Shown: positions 10,561 to 24,593, counted from the stretch's first letter. The stretch is 64,000 bases of DNA from Macrostomum lignano (GCA_002269645.1 NIVC01001196.1:91898-155897), one strand, 5' to 3'. Numbers and translations are program-made. Notes: generated from the sequence alone by a model not told the origin.

Positions 10561-12110
10561 CTTCCCAGATAATTTCCACCTCCCAGAATTGTCCCCTCAG
10601 CAAGGTACAATTATTCACAGTTAGATATCCTCCTCAGAAGTCTGCCATTATTATCCTAGCAGTCTGCAGCTATCCCCTAGGCAGTTTGCAGCTTATATGC
10701 TCATAAGTCTCGAGAAACTAACTAACGTCAGCAGTTTGCAGTTTGTCCCCTTTGCAGTCTGCAATGATCTCTTCAACAATCTGCCATTCCCCTCAGCAAT
10801 CTGCAGTCAATTCATTTGCAGTCAGCAAGTGTTTCCTTAATAATTCTCATTTATCCCCTCAGCAGTCTGCAGTTCTCTCAGCTGGCCCCTCAGTATTCTC
10901 AGCAAACTGCAATGATCTTTTCAATGATTTAAAAATTTGCTCAGCATTTACTACGGCTCACTAATCAATTTTCGATACATATTGGCAGTCTTGCGCAACT
11001 CAGCATTTAGCAATACCTCAGCAGTTTAGCTGCTTAGCAGCATCGTCTGCAACTTAGCAGCCTATGTATGACTGCATTGTACGGCTCACTGATTAGCACT
11101 GCTCTAGAAGCTTAACGCAGCCCCAGAAAAAGTATCTTTAAATTTAAATGTTTAATGCCTGCATGACAATGATTATTCTCACAGGTCACAAAGATAAATT
11201 CGCTGCTTCAACGCAGACTCGAACTGCCGACCTTCTGCTTGGCCTATGCCTGTTATTGCCTGTCTACAGTAACAGGCATAGCTAGGCTAAGCCTGGCTAT
11301 AGTGCCTATTGACAGATGGTCAAAAAATCCTTATATTTTACCTTATACAAATTCAGTTTAGTAACTTTAGCAGTTCGAAGTTAACGTTTCTCAGCCTCCC
11401 CCCAGAAATCGGCAGTTATCCCGACAAAAACCTGAAATTAGCTATCCCTTTTAATCCCGCAAAACAGACTGCAGTAGTACTCTTAGCAGCCTGCAGTTAT
11501 CCACTTTGCCGTCTACAACTTTCATTAACATCAGCAAACTACAATAATTCACTCAGCAGTCCGCAGTTATCGCCTCAACAACGTGCACTTACTACTTCAC
11601 CGTTATTATCCACTTAAGACTCTCTAAATAGTTATCCCCTCAGCAGTTTGCAGCTATACACTCGTAAGTCTGGAGGAACTACCTCAGCAATCAGTATCAG
11701 TATCGGTATCAGCATCAGTATCCTCAGCAAACTGCAATGATCCTTTCAACAATGTAGAAATTAGCTCAGCATTGTATGGCTTACTAATCGATTTTCGATA
11801 CATATCGGCAATCTTTTGCACCACTCAGCATTTAGCAATACCTCAGCAGTTTAGCAGCATTGTCTGCAGTTAAGTAATTTAATTAATACTTCCATAGACC
11901 TAGATAATAACAATTAATGGGATCTTAGGATTTTACAAATCAAATCAAATTTGCTTAAAGGCTTGTGCGAGTAGCAAAAATAAATTATTGTAATTAATAA
12001 AAAAATTTTAATTGCTCAGGCAATAGATAATTAATCAAGCAATTCTCAAAATAGTCGAAGCACAAGCTACTAATGAATGAATTTGTTTAATTTTAATTAT
12101 CCGCTGGGGA

Positions 12111-12182
12111 GGCGGACTCGAACCTTGGACCTTACGCCTAGCCTAAACCTAGTCCTAGTGCCTACACTGCGGCTATTCCGCC
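12111..12182 (-). other. tRNA-derived Pol III (A box/B box) module, copy 1
   Basis: GGCGGAA-TAGCCGCAGTGTAGG (A-box-like) ... GGTTCGAGTCC (B box) -GCC. Does not fold into a canonical cloverleaf. Confidence 0.65.
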
Positions 12183-12788
12183 TACTGATCGGAGGGCGCA
12201 AAAATCAGCCATATATGCTTCGGCACTGCAGTCAAATACATAGCAGTGATAGGCTGCTCAGTGTGCACAGGTTGTATGCAGGCAGAGCCAATGCACAGTT
12301 AAGTGAAATCTATAAATAGCAATTGTCTATGCAGTCCGCCAGTCAGCCAGGGTCAGAATGTACACACGCAGCCACTGAGCATTATTTTCCTCTCCCTTAT
12401 TGCAGCCAGTATTGAGGCGTACACAGTGAACAGAGAAAAGTTGTGGCGCAATCTTAATTGGAATTGAAATTCAGTTAGTGAGATTTTGACCTTTTCTAGC
12501 CGCCCATTGAAAGCAATGGGAAAACTCGTTTTTCGAATATTTAACCAACTTCCCATTCGAATTTTTCAATGCAACTACACCCACACAATCTCACAAAAAT
12601 TTTGAGTTGAATAAAGCAAGTTGAAAAAAATCGGTTCAGGCATTCAGGCGGGAATACCGGTCAAACAGACAAAATAGTATAATTTTGGTGAAAACGCAAT
12701 CAAAATCGGTGAAGAATTGCTCACTCTAGAGTGTTATGGACAAGCAAGCATACAAATATTAGAGATTTAGTATATTTAGATATTGTGA

Positions 12789-13152
12789 CTAGCTAGTTAG
12801 AGCTGGCTGCCAGCAGCCAGAATAATTTTTTTATTGCCCCCCTTTAAGTGGAGCGGAGTGAGTTTTCTTATCAGTTGGCTCTGGCGCAATCAATTAAAAT
12901 TGGCAGTGAAGTTTCTGGCTGATAAAATTTGCATTGAAAAAGGCCATTTAAAACAGCTTTTCGAATATTTAATCCCTTTAGCATTGAAGCAGATACAAGA
13001 AATTTTAACCATACAATCCCAGGCTGATTACGAATCTTTTGGCGAAAACGCGATCAAAATCGGTGAAGAATTGCTCACTCTAGAGCGTTATGGACAAGCA
13101 AGCAAGCAAGCAAGCATACAAATATTAGAGATTTAGTATATTTAGAAGAAGA
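12789..13152 (-). mobile_element. Short (about 364 bp) non-autonomous Helitron
   Basis: Shares the 5' end of the long units, including the (CTTG)n microsatellite. Has its own 3' hairpin CTGGCTGC-TG-GCAGCCAG followed 10 nt later by CTAG|T. Confidence 0.75.
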
Positions 13153-13689
13153 CTAGCCATTTAGCCCCCCGCTGGGGAGCCTTGAAAATGACACCAATTG
13201 GTTTTTATTTTGGCACAAGAGTAACCTTACTATAATCATCCAAAATTTTGATTTCCAATAATCAAAAATTACCTTTTCTCATTTTGGCAGAAATAAATTC
13301 TCATTAATCCGAATTTTATTAGCCAAAAAAGTTTCGTTTATCAGCTCAAAACCCTTTCTACGTAAATCAGCAAATAGTGCTTATCCTTTCAAGCACAAAC
13401 TCTTGATACATATCGTCACTGGCCGGGGCATATTCTGATCCGCAGCAGGAGCTCAATATGCAAATCCCTGACGCCCTTAGACTCTCTCTATATATTAGCC
13501 TAAATCAAAGGATCAAAACAGCGCAAAGGATTAAATGCGCTGGTATTTCCTATTAGCAGAAATCAGCATCACTTGTGTGTACTTTTTCATTATCTGAATT
13601 ACATGAGCTACTTGAGCCGTACTACCTGACTATCTGACAATCGCCCAACAACCTAACACCCCCCAAAAACATTCAGCCATCGTCCATGA

Positions 13690-14806
13690 GCTTTGACATC
13701 TCAGCAATTCCCCCAGTAAGCCTTGATATCTCACAATTCCCCCAGTAAGCCTTGAAATCTCAGCATTCCACCAGTAAGCATTGAGATCTCAGCAATACCC
13801 CCAGTAAGCCTTGACATCTCAGCAATTCCCCCAGTAAGCCTTGACATCTCAGAAATTCCCCCAGTAAGCCTTGACATCTCAGCAATTCCCCCAGTAAGCC
13901 TTGAGATCTCAGCAATACCCCCAGTAAGCCTTGACGTCTGAGGAATTCCCCCAGTAAGCCTTGAAATCTCAGCATTCCCCCAGTAAGCCTTGAGATCTCA
14001 GAAATTATCCCAGTAAGTTTGGAGATCTCAGCATTTCCCCCAGTAAGCCTTGACATCTCAGCAATTCCCCCAGTAAGCCTTGACATCTCACAATTCCCCC
14101 AGTAAGCCTTGAAATCTCAGCATTCCGCCAGTAAGCATTGAGATCTCAGAAATTATCCCAGTAAGTTTTGAGATCTCAGCAATTCCCCCAGTAAGCCTTG
14201 ACATCTCAGAAATTCCCCCAGTAAGCCTTGACATCTCAGCAATTCCCCCAGTAAGCCTTGAGATCTCAGCAATACCCCCAGTAAGCCTTGACGTCTGAGG
14301 AATTCCCCCAGTAAGCCTTGAAATCTCAGCAATTCCCCCAGTAAGCCTTGAGATCTCAGAAATTATCCCAGTAAGTTTGGAGATCTCAGCATTTCCCCCA
14401 GTAAGCCTTGACATCTCAGCAATTCCCCCAGTAAGCCTTGACATCTCAGCAATTCCCCCAGTAAGCCTTGAAATCTCAGCATTCCGCCAGTAAGCATTGA
14501 GATCTCAGAAATTATCCCAGTAAGTTTTGAGATCTCAGCAATTCCCCCAGTAAGCCTTGACATCTCAGAAATTCCCCCAGTAAGCCTTGACATCTCAGCA
14601 ATTCCCTCAGTAAGCCTTGACATTTTAGCAATTCCCCCAGTAAGCTCTGAGATCTCAGCAATTCCCCCAGTAAGCCTTGACATCTCAGCAATTCCCCCAG
14701 TAAGCCTTGACATCTCAGTAAGCATAGAAATCTTAGCAATTCCCAGTAGGACTTGACATTTTAGCAATTCCCAGAAAGCCTTGACATCTCAGCAATACTT
14801 AGTAGG
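13690..14806. repeat. 30-bp satellite array (agcaattcccccagtaagccttgacatctc)
   Basis: About 37 tandem units. The same family recurs at about 20320-20900, 22150-22400 and 26260-26800. Confidence 0.95.
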
Positions 14807-16515
14807 TGTAGAGAAAACTAACGATTGAATTATGAGATATTTAATTGGAGTTAAATTGAATCTAAGATAAGCCAGTAAGTGGGCGCAGGGCCCAAACAAG
14901 TATATTTATACCAGACATTAACTTAGGGGGTTTGAATTGCAGATAATAAAGAGAGGGGTGGAGTGCGCGACTAAATAGAGAGGCGAGAATGGAGAACCAA
15001 TCAGAACGCAGCAAGGGAGAGAGAGATAAGAATAACAAGATTGAGCTAGACAGAGAGAGAGAAAACGGAGTAAACAGAGACAATTGAAGGTGAACTAAGA
15101 AATGACTAGGAAAGTCGCGACACTCCCCCCAAAAAAATGGAACATTTTTTGAATTTTCGAGTACCATTACCAATTGAAATTAATGAGTTAAAATTAGGTC
15201 GAATTAAATTGAAAAACACATTCACAATAAATGGTGTATAAAACGATTTGAAAAATACATAATGACTAAGAATTTGAATACAAAAACAGTAGAGCGAATG
15301 CAAATATTTAGACCGAATTTTAAACTTAGATTTTTATTGAGTAGTTTTTGAACCATAGCAATGAGAAGACTGAAAAGACTGAATATATCCGCCCTCCCCC
15401 CTAAAAATTAATTTAATTTTTTACATTGTGACTACATGGTGAAAGAAAAAATTGAATGACGAATTAACGAGGCGATCTGGCAGGCGATGAGCGAAGAGAC
15501 GATCCGGCAGGCGATGAGCGAAGAGACGATCCGGCAGGCGATGAGCAAAGAGACGATCCGGCAGGCGAGCCCCGAGGCGCCCCGGCCGAGAATTTGAACC
15601 GAGAGAGACCGAGGACACCGCAGGACGCACCCCGGCAGACGATGAGCGAAGAGACGATCCGGAAGGCGAGCGAAGAGACGATCCGGCAGGCGAGCCCCGC
15701 GGCGCCCCGGCAGAGAATTGGAAACCGAGAGAGACCGAGGACACCGCAGGACGCACCCCCGGCAGACGACGAGCGAAGAGACGATCCGGAAGGCGAGCGA
15801 AGAGACGATCCGGCAGGCGAGCCCCGCGGCGCCCCGGCAGAGAATCTGAACCGAGAGAGACCGAGGACACCGCAGGACGCACCCCCGGCAGACGATGAGC
15901 GAAGAGACGATCCGGCAGGCGAGCCCTGAGGTGCCCCGGCCGAGAATTTGAGACCGAGAGAGACCGAGGACACCGCAGGACGCACCCCCGGCAGACGAAG
16001 CGATGAGGCCGACAGACGAAGCGATGAGGCCGACAGACGAAGCGATGAGGCCGACAGACGAAGCGATGAGGCCGACAAACGAAGCGATGAGGCCGACAGA
16101 CGGGATGACGAGATGACTGGTGGAGGGTTACGACTATGACGATGGCATGGCCTTTGCCAGCCTTACTGAATTGACTTAATTATTTTACATTGGGCGCCAT
16201 GTAGAGAAAACTAACGATTGAATTATGAGATATTTAATTGGAGTTAAATTGAATCTAAGATAAGCCAGTAAGTGGGCGCAGGGCCCAAACAAGTATATTT
16301 ATACCAGACATTAACTTAGGGGGTTTGAATTGCAGATAATAAAGAGAGGGGTGGAGTGCGCGACTAAATAGAGAGGCGAGAATGGAGAACCAATCAGAAC
16401 GCAGCAAGGGAGAGAGAGATAAGAATAACAAGATTGAGCTAGACAGAGAGAGAGAAAACGGAGTAAACAGAGACAATTGAAGGTGAACTAAGAAATGACT
16501 AGGAAAGTCGCGACA
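14807..16515 (-). mobile_element. Non-autonomous LTR retroelement (TRIM-like), 1709 bp
   Basis: Two 316-bp TG...CA LTRs (14807-15122, 16200-16515) that are identical by eye. 5-bp TSD GTAGG (14802-14806, 16516-16520). PBS TGGCGCCCAA (about 16190-16199, tRNA-Lys type). PPT GGGGGGAG (15123-15130). No gag/pol motifs. Confidence 0.95.
15470..16110. repeat. GC-rich nested tandem repeats inside the TRIM (27-bp, about 126-bp and 21-bp units)
   Basis: gagagagaccgaggacaccgcagg at 15601, 15727, 15853 and 15956; gacgaagcgatgaggccgaca about 5 times at 15994-16100. Confidence 0.9.
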
Positions 16516-18629
16516 GTAGGACTTGACATCTCAGCAATTCCCCCATTAAGCCTCGACATTGCAGCAATTCTCACAGCGCAGTAATTAGCCTTGACATCCC
16601 AACAACCCAACTCCCCTCTCCCAAGAATTCAGCAATTCCCTTATAAGCCTTGACAACTCAGCTATTCCCCCATGAGATTTGATATCTTAGCAAGTATTTA
16701 ATTGATTGTTGACAGCGGTTAATCTATGATTGAACCAAAACTGACCCTAAGCCCCCAAACCTACCCATAAGTAAGTCTTGGCATGTTAGCAATTTCCACT
16801 ACGAGCCTTGAGCCTCAGCATTAAAGTAACTTCCTCATAAGCTTTTAAATCTAAATTTCACCGGAAGCCTTGACCTGTCAGCAATTCGCCGTAGAGCCAA
16901 AGCATTTAAGTAATTCGCCCCAAGAGCCTTTAATCTTAGCAATTCCTCGATGGATCATTGATGGTTGTCACGACGATCGCTCTATAATTTAACCAAAACC
17001 ATAACCCTTAACCTGTAGTCGAATTTCAGCAATTTTCCAATGAGCTTTGGAAATGTTAGCAATTTCCCCATGAGCCTGAAAATTGAGTGACTAACCATTT
17101 GATATCTTGGCACTTGCATTTCAACAATTAATTTCAGCAATTTCACAAATGAACCTTGAATTCAAAGCAATTCTCCCCAGAATGACATAATTATAGCAAT
17201 TCCCCTTTGTCTTGATATCTTTTAAATCCTTCCATGAGTATTGATATATCACAGCAATTTGCCATACCAGCATTATGCTCGTAGCAATAGTCTTAGAAGT
17301 CTTAACAGTCTTAGCAATTCCCGATGAGACTTTTACTTTCGACAGGGCGCTTTATTTGATTGACATGATGATTCTTGTTCGTTTTTTCTTGCCTTTGCGT
17401 TTTCTTCTCTTTAAAAGAAGTTTATATTAAAAAATACAATATTTCACTATAGCTTTCTGCAGTTTAGCAATGGTTCACCAGCAGATTAGCAATGCAGTTT
17501 AGCAATGGTTCACCAGCACTGTTTTGCACAATCAGTGAGCAGATGGCCACTAATCTTTGCATATGGCCATATTGCTTCTGCATAATCAAAACCATTTAAA
17601 ATGTTTTTGCAACTTGCAGGGTAAATTTAATCTCCTTACATATTTATTATTTTATTATATGCGTCGACAGATTAGCACTGCTCTCCCCGATTAGCGCTGC
17701 TCACCCAGATTAGCAATACCCTTTGCAAATTAGCACTTACAGCAGATAAGCACTGCTCTTGAAGCTTAGCGTAGCCCCAGCGAAAGTATATATAAAATAA
17801 AATGTTAAAAATTTGCATGAATTCCCATAGGAAACAATGATTATTTTCACAAAGATAAATTCGCTGCTTCAATGTAGACTCGAACTGCCGACCTTCTACT
17901 AAAAGCCTTATACTATTCTAGAAGTTTAGTAACTTCGCACTTTAAAGTTAACCCCCTCCCCCCAGAAATCGGCAGTTATCCCCACAACAACCTGAAATAG
18001 CTATCCCTTCTAATCCCGCAAACAGACTGCAGTCATACTCTTAGCAGCCTGCAGGTACTACTGTCTACAACTTTCATTAGCATCGGCAAACTACAATAAT
18101 TCACTCAGCAGTCCGCAGTTACTTGTATCCCCTCAACAACTTGCTCTGCTATACACTCATAAGTCTGGAGGAATACCTCAGCAGTTTTTTTCAATTTTTC
18201 CCATTGCAGTCTGCATGAATGAGTCTTCTCAGCAATGATTCTTTCAGTATTCTGAAAATTTTCTCAGCATTTAGTAGGGCTCACTAATCAATTTTCGATA
18301 CATATCGGCAGTCTTTTGCGCAGCTCAGCATTTAGCAGTACCTTCAGCTGTTTAGCTATTTAGCAGCATCGTCTGCAATTCGGGAGCAGTAATACACGAA
18401 TCAGTTTTTTACAAATCAAATTTTAAAATGCACTGGCTGAAATCAAATCAAATTCAAATTGACAAAATCAAATTTGTTTAGCAACTTGTGCTGAATAGCA
18501 AAAATATTGTGCTGAATAGCAAATATAATTCATTGAGTGTGGCTTACTAATTAATAAAAAATGATTCAATTAGTTGAGGCGCTAGGTATAAATGAACTCA
18601 TTTATTTAATTTTAATTATCGGCCGGCGA

Positions 18630-18700
18630 GGCGGACTCGAACCTTGGACCTTACGCCTAGCCTAAACCTATCCTAGTGCCTACACTGCGGCTATTCCGCC
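18630..18700 (-). other. tRNA-derived Pol III module, copy 2
   Basis: Same A-box/B-box module as 12111-12182. Confidence 0.65.
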
Positions 18701-21700
18701 TACTGATGGGAGGGCGCAAAAATCAGCCATATATGCTTAGACATTGCGGTCAAATACATAGCAGTGATAGGCTGCTCAGTGTGTACAGGTTTGGTGCCGG
18801 CAGAGCCGTTCAGCCAAGGTCAGAAGAATGTACACACGCAGCCACTGAGCATTATTTTATTTCAATACTTTTAAAATGCACTGGCTGATTTCTCTCTCCC
18901 TCCAGAGTGCCTGCGCAATGCTTGGCACACTGCCTCCACCTAAAAAGCTCAGAGTCAGTTTATAGCGAGAATATGCAGTACGCAGTTGTGGCGCAATCAT
19001 TTAGAATTGGAATTCAGCCAGTCAATAATTCAACGTTGCTTGGCCTTCCATTAAAAAACATTTAGAAAAACTTGTTTTTCGAATATTTAATCCCTTTAGC
19101 ATTGAAGCAGATTAAAGAAATTTTAGCTGTCCTCTTTCCAGATAATTACAAAACTTTTGGCAAAAACGCAATTAAAATTGGTCAATTGGTTCGATCTCTA
19201 GAGCGCTACACGAATACACGAATACTAACACAAAATCTGTTCGAGTGAACGTCACACGAAGCAGCTATGACATAATTAAATATGCAGGCAGTCAGTATCA
19301 GTCTAAATTAAAGTTTGCTATATGGTTACGCAATTTCTGCCTTTTAACTTGGCACAGTGTTATCAAATTGTTGTGATGCAATCTTTATCAGAATCAGAAT
19401 TCAGCCAGCCAGTTTTTTCTCTAGCATTCGTATAGTGCACTTCAAGTCAAAAGAGCTGCTTGACCTTTGCAAAAAACATGTTTTTCGAATATTTAATCCC
19501 TTTAGCATTGAAGCAGATACAAGAAATTTTAACCATACAATCCCAGGCTGATTACAAATCTTTTGGCGAAAACGCGATCAAAATCGGTGAAGAATTGCTC
19601 ACTCTAGAGCGTTATGGACAAACATACAAACAAACCTTAGAGATTTAGTATATTTAGATTGCTCACTCTAGAGCGTTATGGACATTCATTCAAACATACA
19701 AACCTTAGAGATTTAGTATATTTAGATTAAGTATATTTAGATGGACAAACATACAAACCTTAGAGATTTAGTATATTTAGATTAGAGATTTAGTATATTT
19801 AGACTAGCCATTTAGCCCCCCGCTGGGGAGCCCTAAAATGACACCAATTGGTTTTTATTTTGACACAAGAGTAACCTTACTATAATTATCCAAAATGTTG
19901 ATTTCCATTAATCAAAAATTACCTTTTCTCATTTTGGCAAAAATAAATTGCCATGAATCAGAACTTTCATTAGCCAAAAAAGTTTCCTTCATCAGCCCAA
20001 AACCCTTTCTCAATCAGCAAATAGTGCTGATCCTTTCAAGCACAAACTCTTAGTGCATATCGTCGCTGGCCGGGGCATATTCTTATCCGCAGCAAATATG
20101 CAAATCACTGACGGCCTTAGACCCTCTCTTTTAATTAGCCTAAATCAAAGAATGAAACCTTTAATAAATGCGCTGGTATTTCCTATTAGCAGAAATCAGC
20201 ATCACTTGTGTGTACTATTTCAATATCTGAACTACATGAGCTACTTCAGCCGTACTACCTGACTATCTGACAATCGCCCAACAACCTAACACCCCTAACA
20301 ATTCAGCCATCGTCCATGAGCCTTGTCATCTTAGCAATTCCCCCCAGTAAGCCTTGTCATCTTAGCAATTCCCCCAGTAAGCCTTGAAATCTCAGCAATT
20401 CCCCAAGTAAGCCTTGACAAGAATTGCTAAGAATTGCTAAGAATACTTAGCTAACAATTGCTAATACTTGCTAAGAATTGCTGAGAAGCCTCGAGATCTC
20501 AGCAATCCCCCCAGTAAGCATTGACATCTCAGCGATTCTCCCAGTAAGCCTTTGAAATCTTAGCAATTCCCCCAGAAAGAATTCACATCTTAGCAATTGC
20601 CGCAGTAAGCCTTGAAATCGCTGCAATTCCCCCAGTAAGCCTTAAAATCTCAGCAATTTCCCCAATAAGCCTTGACATCTTAGGAATTCCCCCAGTAAGC
20701 CTTGAAATCTAAGCATTTCCCCAGTAAGCCTTGAAATCTCAGCATTCCCCCAGAAAGCCTTCACATTTTAGCAATTCCCAGTAAGACTTGACATCTTAGC
20801 AATTCCCAGTAAGACTTGACATCTCAGCAGTTCCCCCATTAAGCATCGACATCGCAGCAATTAAACTCGAGCCTTGACATCTACGCAGTTCTCTCAGCTG
20901 AGTAAGCCTTGACATCCCAACAACCCAACTCCCCTCCCCCAAGAATTCAGCAATCCCCTTATGAGCCTTGATATCTCTGCAATTTCTTCATAAGCCTTGT
21001 CAACTCAGTGATTCCATTCATGAGCTTTGATATCTTAGCAACTCCTATCTTAGCAAGTCTTTAGTTGATGGTTAACAGAGTGGTTATTCTATGATTGAAC
21101 CAAAACTGACCCTAAGCCCCTAACCCTAACCCATAAGTGAGTCTTGGCATGTTAGCAATCTCCCCCGTGAGCCTTGAGCCTGAGCATTTAAGTAACTTCC
21201 TCATAAGCTTTGAAATCTAAATTTCACCGAAAGCCTTGAACTGTCAGCAATTCCCTAAGAGCCAAAGCATATAACTAATTCGCCCCTTTAATCTTTGAAA
21301 TTCCTTGATGAATCATTTATGATTGACACGACGATCACTCTATAATTAAACTCAAACCCTAACCCTTAACTGCAGCCGAGTCACAGCATTTCAGCAACCC
21401 CCCCTCTCAGCCCAAGAATTTCAGCAATTCCCCAATGAGCTTTTGAAATCTTAGCAATTTTCCCATGAGCATGAAACTTTAGCGACTAACCTTTTGATAT
21501 CTTGGCACTTTCACATGAGTCTCATGGTTGAAAACTAACCCTGCCAAGTCACAGCATTTCAGCAATTCCCACCGTAAACCACAGCATTTCAACAAATACC
21601 CAATGAACCTTGACATTTCGTGAAGTTCAGCTATTCGCTTTAGGAGCCTTTGAAATCTCAGTCATTCCCCCGTGAACCTTAGCATCTCAGCAATACCCAA

Positions 21701-23986
21701 GAGTCACAGCCTACAGCATTACAGGGATCCCCCGTGACCTTTGAAATCTCAGCTATTCCCCAATGAGCCTTGATATCTCAGCAACTCCTATTTGAGCCAC
21801 AAAATTTCGGCATTATGAGCAGGTACTGCAATCACAACAATCCCCCTGAGCATTGAGCCTCATTATAATTCGGATATCCCCCCACGAGCCTTTACAACTT
21901 AGCAATTCCCCAATGAGTATTTAATGTTAGACAGGCCTATTCATTTATATGGTTTACGTCTTACTCTTACCCTAACAATGTCGGCAATTCCCTCAAGAGC
22001 CACAGCATTCCAGAAATTATCTCCATGAGCCTTGACAGCAAATAATGAGCCTTGATACCTCAGCAATTTCTCAAATGAACTTTTAAATCAAAGCAATTCT
22101 GCCCAGAATCACATCAGTATAGGAATTTCCCTCTGAGACTTGACAAGACATCTCAGAATTTCTCTCATGGGCCTTGATCTGGCCCATGGCCCAGTAAGCC
22201 TTGAAATCTCAATAATTCCCCAGTAAGCCTTGACATCTCAGAAATTCCCTCATTAAGATCGACATCGCAGCAATTGAACTTAAGCTTTGAAATCAAAGCA
22301 ATTCTCCCCAGAATCACATCATTATAGCAATTACCGCTGAGCCTTGAGATCTTAGAAATTCTCCCATGAGTCTTGATATCACAGAAATTTTCCATACCAG
22401 CCTTGACATCTTAGCAATTCACATTGAGTATTTTATTCTCGACAGACCGCTTCTTTTATGGTTGACATGATGATTCTTTTGTCGCTTTTATCTTGTGTTG
22501 AGTTTTCTTCTGGTTAAAGTAGCATTTATTAAAAACTTACAGTGGTTTACCATCACTTTAGCAATGGTTTACCATCACTTTAGCGATGGTTCACCAGCAA
22601 TTTAGCAATGGTTCACCAGCAGTTTAGCAATGGTTCACCGGCACTGTTCCGCAAAATCTGGGAGCAGATGGCTACTGATCTCCATATGCTTCTCAATAAT
22701 CGAAACCATTTGAAATGTTTGCAACTTGCAGTTTAAAATTGATTTGCAATTCTCTTGCATATTTATTAATTCATTGTACGTCAGATTAGCACTGCTCACC
22801 CAGATTAGACCCTTTGCAAATTAGCACTTACAGCAGATTAGCACTGCTCTAGAAGACTAACGCAGCTCCAACAAAAGTATCTTTAAATTTAAGTGTTTAC
22901 CATCTCCATGAATCTGCATAGGATGCAATTATTATTGTCACAGGTCACAAAGATAAATTCGCTGCTTCAATGCAGGCTCGAACTGCTGACATCAAAGCAT
23001 TCTGTTTGCTTCTGCTTGATACTGCCTGCCTACTGCGGCTATTGTGCCTATTGACATGTGGTCGAAATAATCTAGTTTAGCAACTTCAGCCGTTTGAAGT
23101 TAACCCCCGGAAATCGGCATTTATCCCCACAACAACCTGAAATTATCCCTTCATCTAATCCCGCAAAAAGACTGCAGTTATTTCTTAGCAGCCGGCATTT
23201 ATCATCCACTTTGCATTTTAAAACTTTTATTAAAATTAAGAATGCATACCCTCAGCGGCATAGAATTGTCCCCTTAGCCAAAAATATTTCACTTAGCAGC
23301 CGCAGAAATCCCCTAAACAACTTGTACTTAATCTTCCACAGTAAATATCCACTCAAAACTCAATAGTTAGTTATAAGCCTCAGAAGTCTGCCATTATCCT
23401 CTAATTAGTCCGCAGTTTTCCCTCTCAGCAGTCTGCAGCTATACGCTCATACGTCTGGAGGAACTACCTCAGCAGTTTGCAGTTGTTTCCCCTTTGCAAT
23501 CTGCAATGATCCCTTCGACAGTCTGCAGTTCCCCTCAGCAGTCTGCAGTCATTTCATTTTCAGTCTACAACTGTACCATTAACGATTTTCATTCATTCTC
23601 TCAGCAGCCTGCAGTTCTCCTCTCGGCCGGCTCCTCAGTCTCCTCTGCGAACTGCAATTTGCTCAGCATTTTACGGCTCACTATTAAATTTTCGATACTC
23701 ACCATTTAGCAATACCTTCAGCAGTTTTTTTTCAGAATCGTCTGCAGTTTAGCAATTTCATACTTTCATGGAGCTGGGAAATATACCCATTGATTGGACC
23801 AGTACGCTCGTAATACATGTACTCGAAGCAGTTTTTACAAATCAAATTTGCTTAGCGACTTGTGCCAAATAGCAAAAATACATGTAGTTCATTAAGTGTG
23901 CCTTGTTAATTAAGCATAATAGTTCCAATTAGTCAAAGCACAAGCTAAAATGAAATAATTAGTTCAATTTTAATTGTCCGCTGCTA

Positions 23987-24058
23987 GGCAGACTCGAACC
24001 TGGGACCTTACACCTATCCTAAACCTTGTCCTAGTGCCTACAGTGCTGCTACTCCGCC
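23987..24058 (-). other. tRNA-derived Pol III module, copy 3
   Basis: GGCGGAG-TAGCAGCACTGTAGG...GGTTCGAGTCTGCC. Confidence 0.6.
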
Positions 24059-24593
24059 TATTGATCGGAGGGCGACAAAATCAGCCATATATGCTTTGGC
24101 ACTGCAGTCAAATACACGGCAGTGATAGGCTGCTTAGTGCACGGTTGTATGCAGGCAGAGCCAATGCGCAGTTAAGTGAAATCTATAAATTAGATTTTTA
24201 AGTCTGGAGGAACTAATTCACAGTCTGCAGTTCTTCTCTGGCTGGCACCGAAGTCCCCTCAGAAAACTGCAATTTGCTCAGAATTATACGGCTCACTAAT
24301 CAATTTTCGATACATATCGGCAGTCTTGAAAAGCTCAGCATTTAGCAGCATTGTCTGCAGTTTAGTAATTTCGTACTTTTAAGGAGCTAGACAATACCCA
24401 TTGATGGGATCAGTTATACTCGAAGCAGTTTTAACAAATCAAATTTGATTAGTGGCTTGTGCCGAGTAGCAAAAAATGAATTGCGAATTAATAAAAAAAT
24501 GTTTCAATTGAAATTAAATAAAAAATGTTTCAATTAGTCCAGGCACAAGCTATAAATTATTGAATTATTTGAATTTTTATTATCCGCCGGGGA

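Larger units (their letters stand above)
10200..12780 (-). mobile_element. Non-autonomous Helitron unit A (3' part missing)
   Basis: 5' end A|TCTAAATATACTAAATCTC at 12780. The interior is collinear with units B-D. No hairpin/CTAG end found at the left side. Confidence 0.75.
13153..19803 (-). mobile_element. Non-autonomous Helitron unit B (6.65 kb including a 1.7-kb LTR insertion)
   Basis: 3' end GCTCCCC-AGC-GGGGGGC-TAAATGG-CTAG at 13153; 5' end TCTAAATATAC at 19803; no Rep/helicase ORF. Confidence 0.85.

Noticed and set aside
12111-12182. Functional tRNA gene
   Set aside because: No 5-bp T-stem and no canonical anticodon arm; kept only as a tRNA-derived module.
13690-14806. SRLTGGIAEM-repeat ORFs, or a CRISPR-like array
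   Set aside because: A contiguous 30-bp satellite (10-codon period) with no unique spacers, in eukaryotic DNA with no cas genes.
15421-16139. ORFs inside the TRIM as gag or accessory proteins
   Set aside because: Translations of tandem repeats, open on both strands, with no capsid or zinc-knuckle motifs.
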